Shown here one piece after another: positions 58,663 through 64,000 of a stretch of DNA of 64,000 bases. Position numbers and translations under genes: made by a program. The DNA lies in assembly GCA_963796685.1 (NCBI GenBank), contig CAWCMR010000020.1:32001-96000 (forward strand), written 5' to 3'. The DNA is from an uncultured delta proteobacterium. GTDB lineage: Bacteria > Myxococcota_A > Polyangia > Fen-1088. A model generated the notes under the pieces. The model had not been told where the DNA came from, ran no database searches, and was given only the letters and a program-made list of their open reading frames with translations. Position 1 is the stretch's first letter, and each line of letters starts with the position of its first letter.

Positions 58663-61122
58663 ATGGGTCGCAAGACCAGCGCCTGCGTCTTTTTCGCCGT
58701 TCTTGCCAGCGCGCACGTGAATCCCACGGCGGCGCGCGCCGGTGTTGACGCCGCCGCGTCCGTCCCGAGCGATGCGGGCGCGTCTGCGACGCCGCACCCG
58801 GCCCCGGCTCCCCGTCCAGCGACAGCTTCGGCACTGCCGCCAGCGCTGACGGAAGGTATCGACAAGCTGGTGGCCGAGGCACTCGAGCAGGGAAAGCTCC
58901 CCGGCTGCGTCGTCGCCATCGGCCGCGCCAGTGGCGTCGTCTACCAGAAGGCGTTCGGGTCGCGCGCGCTCTTGCCCGACAAGGAGGCGATGACCCTGGA
59001 CACCATCTTCGACCTGGCCTCGCTGACCAAGCCCATCGCTACCGCGACGGCCCTGATGGTCCTCGTCGACCGGGGCAAGATCGACCTCGATCAGCGCGTC
59101 TCGCGCTACCTCCCCGAATTCCGCGGCCACGGCAAGGAAGACATCTCCATTCGCCAGCTCCTGACCCACGTCTCGGGCCTGCCCGCAGAGACGCCGGTCG
59201 CCGACTTCGAGCAAGGCCGTTCCGCGGCCATGAAGCACATCTTGGCGCTTTCGCTCAAGGCGCCTCCCGGCACCAAGAGTATCTATTCGGACGTTGGCTT
59301 CCTTGTCCTCGAAGAGGTGATCCGTCGCGTGACCGGCAGCGACCTGGCTACGTTCGCAAGGACCAAGATCTTTCACCCACTCGGCATGGGCGAAACGGAA
59401 TTCCTTCCCGCGGTCAATTTGCGCCCGCGCATCGCCCCCACCGAGAAGCGCGGCGACGCGTGGATGCGCGGAGAGGTTCATGACCCGCGCGCCTATCGCC
59501 TGGGCGGTATCGCCGGGAACGCCGGGCTGTTCTCGACGGCAAAGGATCTGGCCCGCTACGCGCGCATGGTCCTTGGGTCGGGCGCGCTCGACGGGGTGCG
59601 GGTGCTGTCCGCCGAGACCATGCGCAAGATGCTGGCCCCGCACGACGTTCCGGGTGGCATTCGCGCCCTGGGGTGGGACATGCAATCCGCCTACTCGGCC
59701 AACCGCGGGACCGCCTTGTCGCGCCGGGCGGTCGGGCACGGGGGGTACACCGGCACCTCGCTGTGGATCGATCCGGAAGAGGATCTGTTCGTCATCTTCC
59801 TCAGCAATCGCGTTCACCCTGACGGCAAGGGTTCGATCAACGCGCTCGCGGGGGCCATCGCGACGCTGGCCGGCTCGACGCTCGCGCCGCCCGCGGCACC
59901 CGCCGAGGGCTCCCGGCTCGCGCTCGGCATCGACGTCCTCGCCGCTGAAGACTTCGCTCCTTTGCGCGGCCTGCGCTTCGCCTTGCTGACCAACGACAGT
60001 GCCCGCACGCGCGACGGCGTGCGCACCACCGACGTGCTGGCGGCCCGTCGCGATCTCTCGCTGGTGACCTTGCTCAGCCCCGAGCACGGTCTGTCGGCCA
60101 GTCGCGACGAGCGCATCGAGGATGGCGTCGATGCCAAGACCAAGCTCCCGGTCCGCAGCCTGTACGGCGGGTCGCTGGCGCCGCGAAGCACGCGTCCGAC
60201 CGGGCCACGCTCGGTGTCCCTGCCGCCCGGAATCGACGCCGTGGTCGTCGATCTTCCCGACGTGGGCGTGCGCTTCTTCACCTATGCCTCCACCCTTCAC
60301 GCCACCATGCGGGCTGCCGCGCAGCGCGGGCTCCGGGTCATCGTGCTCGACCGTCCCGACCCCATCGACGGCGTCGACGTGGCCGGGCCCATGCTGAGGC
60401 AAACCCAAATGTCAGCGGTAAACCATCACCCGTTGCCGATTCGCCACGGAATGACCATGGGCGAGCTGGCCGAGATGATGAACGCCGACGAGCACCTCGG
60501 GCTGAGGCTCGAGGTCGTGCGCATGACCGGTTACGACCGCCGCGCCTACTTCGATGAAACCGGGCTTGTGTGGTGGCCGCCTTCGCCAAACCTGCGCACC
60601 GTCGAGCAGGCGGTGCTCTATCCCGGTGTGGCGCTCCTCGAAGCCACGAACGTCTCGGTCGGGCGCGGCACGGACATGCCCTTCGAGGTCGTGGGCGCAC
60701 CATGGATCGACGCTTCGGCGCTCGCCGCCGAGCTCGGCAAGGCCAGCCTTGCCGGTGTTTCGTTCAAGTCCATCGACTTCGTGCCCGCCGACAACCGGTA
60801 CAAGGGCGTGCCCTGTCACGGCGTGAGGATGCGTCTGAGCGATCGTTCAGCCTTCGACCCCGTGCATACGGGGATCGCGATAGCCCTCGCCTTGCGCAGG
60901 CTCCATGGCAAGGACTGGGACGCGTCGCATCTGCGGCGAATGCTGGGTGACCCGGTGGTGGCCCAGGCCGTTCTCGACCTGCGCCCGTGGCCCGAGATCG
61001 AGGCCCTGTTCAAGGAGGCTCTCGACGCCTTTCGCGTCAAGCGGGCGAAGTATTTGCTCTATGCGCTGTGGCCCAGTGGCGATGTCGCGGCGCCGCTCGA
61101 CCGTGGCAACACGCGCCCGTAG
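58663..61122 (+). CDS. Serine hydrolase (beta-lactamase fold) fused to DUF1343/NamZ exo-N-acetylmuramidase
   Basis: ASLTK (SxxK), YSD, GHGGYTG; SPEHG, DVGVRFFTY, RHGMTMGE, PSPN, GRGT. Confidence 0.9.
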   Translation: MGRKTSACVFFAVLASAHVNPTAARAGVDAAASVPSDAGASATPHPAPAPRPATASALPPALTEGIDKLVAEALEQGKLPGCVVAIGRASGVVYQKAFGSRALLPDKEAMTLDTIFDLASLTKPIATATALMVLVDRGKIDLDQRVSRYLPEFRGHGKEDISIRQLLTHVSGLPAETPVADFEQGRSAAMKHILALSLKAPPGTKSIYSDVGFLVLEEVIRRVTGSDLATFARTKIFHPLGMGETEFLPAVNLRPRIAPTEKRGDAWMRGEVHDPRAYRLGGIAGNAGLFSTAKDLARYARMVLGSGALDGVRVLSAETMRKMLAPHDVPGGIRALGWDMQSAYSANRGTALSRRAVGHGGYTGTSLWIDPEEDLFVIFLSNRVHPDGKGSINALAGAIATLAGSTLAPPAAPAEGSRLALGIDVLAAEDFAPLRGLRFALLTNDSARTRDGVRTTDVLAARRDLSLVTLLSPEHGLSASRDERIEDGVDAKTKLPVRSLYGGSLAPRSTRPTGPRSVSLPPGIDAVVVDLPDVGVRFFTYASTLHATMRAAAQRGLRVIVLDRPDPIDGVDVAGPMLRQTQMSAVNHHPLPIRHGMTMGELAEMMNADEHLGLRLEVVRMTGYDRRAYFDETGLVWWPPSPNLRTVEQAVLYPGVALLEATNVSVGRGTDMPFEVVGAPWIDASALAAELGKASLAGVSFKSIDFVPADNRYKGVPCHGVRMRLSDRSAFDPVHTGIAIALALRRLHGKDWDASHLRRMLGDPVVAQAVLDLRPWPEIEALFKEALDAFRVKRAKYLLYALWPSGDVAAPLDRGNTRP

Positions 61123-61136
61123 ACTTTCCCTCGGTC

Positions 61137-62312
61137 ATGTCTTCGATTTCCGAGTCGCCGCTCTCGCTTTCGATTCTTGCCGGCGTCACCGAGGTTTCGG
61201 CGACGGCGTGGGACGCGCTGGTGGATGACGACGATCCCTTTCTCGAGCACGCCTTTCTGGCCGCGCTGGAACGGTCGGGAAGCGTGGGGCCGGGGACCGG
61301 CTGGGAGCCGCGCATTCTCGTTGCCCGGCAGGACGGACATCTGGTCGGCGCCGTGCCGCTCTACCTCAAAGACGATAGCATGGGTGAATTCATCTGGGAC
61401 TTCGCTTGGGCGCATGGTTCGCACGGCGCCGGCATTCCCTATTATCCCAAGCTGGTCGCCGCCGTCCCCTTTACCCCCGCGTCGAGCCACCGCCTGATGG
61501 TTCACCCCAAGGCCGATCGCGCGCGCGTGGCCCGCGTGCTGGCTCAAGGGCTGCGCGAGGTGGCCGAGGAAACGGACGCCTCTTCGATCCACGTGCTCTT
61601 CTGCCGGGAGGAGGAATTGGCGGAGCTGGCGCCCGCGGGGTTCGTGCCGCGCGCAAGCTACCAGTTTCATTGGAACAATCGCTCCGAGAAGCACACGAGC
61701 TTCGACGACTATCTGGGGACGTTTCGTTCGCGCGTGCGCAAGCAGGTTCGTCACGAGCGCGCCGTGGTTGGCGACTACGGTCTGCGCATCGAGACCTTGT
61801 CGGGAAGCGAGCTGGACGACCGCGGCTGGCGGGCCCTCGACCGCTTCTATCGCTCCACGGTCGACCGCTATGGCAACGTGGCGTCGCTGACCCCGGCATT
61901 CTTCACCGAGCTTCGCCGCACCCACGCCGACCGCTTGTTGGCCGTGCTCGCCTACCGCGGCGACGAGCCCATCGCGGCCACCACCAATTTCACGCGCGGG
62001 GATCGGCTCTTCGGTCGCTACTGGGGAAGCGCAGAGCACCTGCCCATGCTGCACTTCGAGCTGTGTTTCTACCGCCTGATCGAGCACGCCATCGCGCATC
62101 GCCTGACGGTCTTCGAGGGCGGTGCCGGCGGCGAGCAGAAGCTGGCACGCGGGCTTCTGCCGCGGCGGACCTTCAGTGCCCACTGGATTCGCCATCGTGG
62201 GCTGGCCCAGGCCGTGGGCGACTACATCGTGCGCGAGGCCGCGGCCGTGCAGGCGGAGATCCACGCGTGTCTGGACCATTCGCCATTCGCGCGCGCCCGG
62301 TCATCGCCGTGA
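61137..62312 (+). CDS. FemAB-like GNAT protein (DUF482)
   Basis: YYPKL..AVPFTP, QFHW.N, GRYWG, LHFELCFY, KL.RG. Confidence 0.9.
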   Translation: MSSISESPLSLSILAGVTEVSATAWDALVDDDDPFLEHAFLAALERSGSVGPGTGWEPRILVARQDGHLVGAVPLYLKDDSMGEFIWDFAWAHGSHGAGIPYYPKLVAAVPFTPASSHRLMVHPKADRARVARVLAQGLREVAEETDASSIHVLFCREEELAELAPAGFVPRASYQFHWNNRSEKHTSFDDYLGTFRSRVRKQVRHERAVVGDYGLRIETLSGSELDDRGWRALDRFYRSTVDRYGNVASLTPAFFTELRRTHADRLLAVLAYRGDEPIAATTNFTRGDRLFGRYWGSAEHLPMLHFELCFYRLIEHAIAHRLTVFEGGAGGEQKLARGLLPRRTFSAHWIRHRGLAQAVGDYIVREAAAVQAEIHACLDHSPFARARSSP

Positions 62313-62499
62313 TGCTGTGACGGTCACTACATGCCCTGCCGCGCCAAGGGTCCCGGTCCGATTGTCGAGCGCGACCCGCCGAATTCCGTAGCAATCACGC
62401 AGGCGATGCTTGCTATACTCGCGCCCAGAGCGCGGGACAACGCCTATCGCGGGTTGCTACCGAGTCCTTGTTTCTCGAAGTGATGAGGGGACTATTCCA

Positions 62500-64000
62500 A
62501 TGATGTACACCAGCCGTTCGAGCAGCGCACTCAAGGGGCATTCGGCACTGATTTGCACGGGGGCAATTGCCTTGATTGCGGGGTTTGGCTGCACCAATGC
62601 CCAAATCGTCGACGGCTCCGGCGGCAGCGGAGCGTCGGGGCCCAAGGGCGGCGCGCATGGTGGCAGCAGCGGCTCGAATGGTGGTCAAGGCGGCGGGGTG
62701 ACCTTCTCGATGCCGGCGATTCCCGACGCGGGCCCCGATCGTCCAGGTGGCGGCAATTGCGGCGATGGCATCATCGAACGAAGCGAGCAATGCGACGACG
62801 GCAACACCGTCAGCGGAGACGGTTGCAGCCTGAGCTGCCAGATCGAGGCAAACTACGAATGCCCCAAGGAGGGCGAGCCGTGTGTCAACCTCGCGGTCTG
62901 CGGCAACGGTATCCTGACCTCGGACGAGACCTGCGACGACGGCAATACCGAGGACGGCGATGGTTGCTCCAAAGATTGCCAGACCATCGAATCCGGCTAC
63001 ATCTGCCCGGTTCCGGGAAAGAAATGCATTCCCGAGTGCGGCGACAAGACGATCATGGGTTCGGAGACCTGCGATGACGGTAACACCGCGAGCGGAGACG
63101 GTTGTTCCAGCACCTGCCAGCTCGAGCCGGGATACGCTTGCCCCACACTTGGCGAAGCGTGCGTGAAATCCGAATGCGGCAACGGCAAGATGGAATTGGG
63201 CGAGCAGTGCGACTGCGGAACCGATCCGTCGAAGCTGCCGTCCGACTGCAAGGCCGTGAACGGCCTCTTCTACGGCGATGGCAAGGGCTGCTCCAAGACC
63301 TGCACCAAGGAGCCGTCTTGTCTGGACAGCTCGGGCAAGACCCAGGCCTGCACGGCGACCTGCGGAGACGGGAACATGGATCCCGGTGAGGACTGCGACG
63401 ACGGTAACCTGGCGGATGGCGATGGTTGCTCGAGCAAGTGCAAGATTGAAGATGGATTCACCTGCACGACCACCACCGAGCAGGACTCTTCGACGTGTCA
63501 GTCGGGTTCGGGTCAGTGCCTCGAGCTTCCCGTCACCTACCGCGACTTCCAGCCCGAGAACGTCGCCTCGGGGGGCCACCCGGATTTCTTCTTCCTGGGC
63601 GCGAAGAAGTCGGGCTCCACGTCGCCCACGACCATTTGCGTTCCGAACTCGGGCGGGCCGTCGAAGGGCAATGACTCGACAGCGCGTTGCTGGGGGATCA
63701 TGGCGGACACCCTGTCCCATGGCAAACCACAGCCAGGAACCACGAAGACCTGCGCTTGCCAGTTCAGCGACTGGAACATCGCCAATACGAGCAGGATCCC
63801 CGGCAATTACACCCAGGCCGGCAACGACAGCCCGCTGTCGGATGGAGCGGGCAACTACCTCGGCGGGGCGGCCGGTTCCGCGGTCAGCGTGACCGGCAAT
63901 GCTGGCGTATCCAGCGGTACCATCACCGGCTACACCGCCAGCACCCCCGGCGGCCCGATCTGGGCGGGCACAACGCCTGCCTACAAGGATGCCACCAGCT
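62500..64000 (+). CDS. DUF4215/myxococcal Cys-rich repeat plus fibro-slime lipoprotein; runs off the window end
   Basis: Lipobox GFGC; repeated CGDG..E.CDDGN...GDGCS; VTYRDF...HPDF; absent from the ORF track because no stop is reached. Confidence 0.88.
   Translation, partial: MMYTSRSSSALKGHSALICTGAIALIAGFGCTNAQIVDGSGGSGASGPKGGAHGGSSGSNGGQGGGVTFSMPAIPDAGPDRPGGGNCGDGIIERSEQCDDGNTVSGDGCSLSCQIEANYECPKEGEPCVNLAVCGNGILTSDETCDDGNTEDGDGCSKDCQTIESGYICPVPGKKCIPECGDKTIMGSETCDDGNTASGDGCSSTCQLEPGYACPTLGEACVKSECGNGKMELGEQCDCGTDPSKLPSDCKAVNGLFYGDGKGCSKTCTKEPSCLDSSGKTQACTATCGDGNMDPGEDCDDGNLADGDGCSSKCKIEDGFTCTTTTEQDSSTCQSGSGQCLELPVTYRDFQPENVASGGHPDFFFLGAKKSGSTSPTTICVPNSGGPSKGNDSTARCWGIMADTLSHGKPQPGTTKTCACQFSDWNIANTSRIPGNYTQAGNDSPLSDGAGNYLGGAAGSAVSVTGNAGVSSGTITGYTASTPGGPIWAGTTPAYKDATS

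Noticed and set aside
58663-59880. Antibiotic-resistance beta-lactamase
   Set aside because: The SxxK domain is fused to DUF1343/NamZ, consistent with peptidoglycan recycling.

Overview
High-GC bacterial chromosomal segment. Gene content suggests Myxococcota, probably Polyangia-like: Gly/Thr-linker lipoproteins, Cys-rich repeat proteins, a Ser/Thr kinase, PEGA and DUF4215/fibro-slime proteins, and a chemosensory cluster. Housekeeping genes (rplM, rpsI, aroE, aroK, pyrE, an rlmI-like gene, a SMUG1-type UDG) are interspersed with secreted plant-glycan-active lipoproteins, three GT-C glycosyltransferases and a vapBC pair. The standout feature is a 4,980-bp cargo-carrying transposon (8338..13317) with 17-bp perfect terminal inverted repeats that resemble IS903 ends, a 9-bp target duplication and extra sub-terminal motif copies. 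It encodes a SWIM-finger DDE transposase, two small putative regulators, an XRE-HTH/ImmA peptidase plus an unknown partner (RosmerTA-like layout) and two envelope proteins. It has inserted into one copy of a structured REP-like repeat family that recurs across the window, including an exact 3 x 124-bp tandem array. A separate 158-bp MITE with a CTAG duplication lies at 54414..54571. Several genes are broken by single-base insertions, probably consensus errors. No rRNA, tRNA or CRISPR array was seen. All product calls come from motif recognition by eye; no searches were run.
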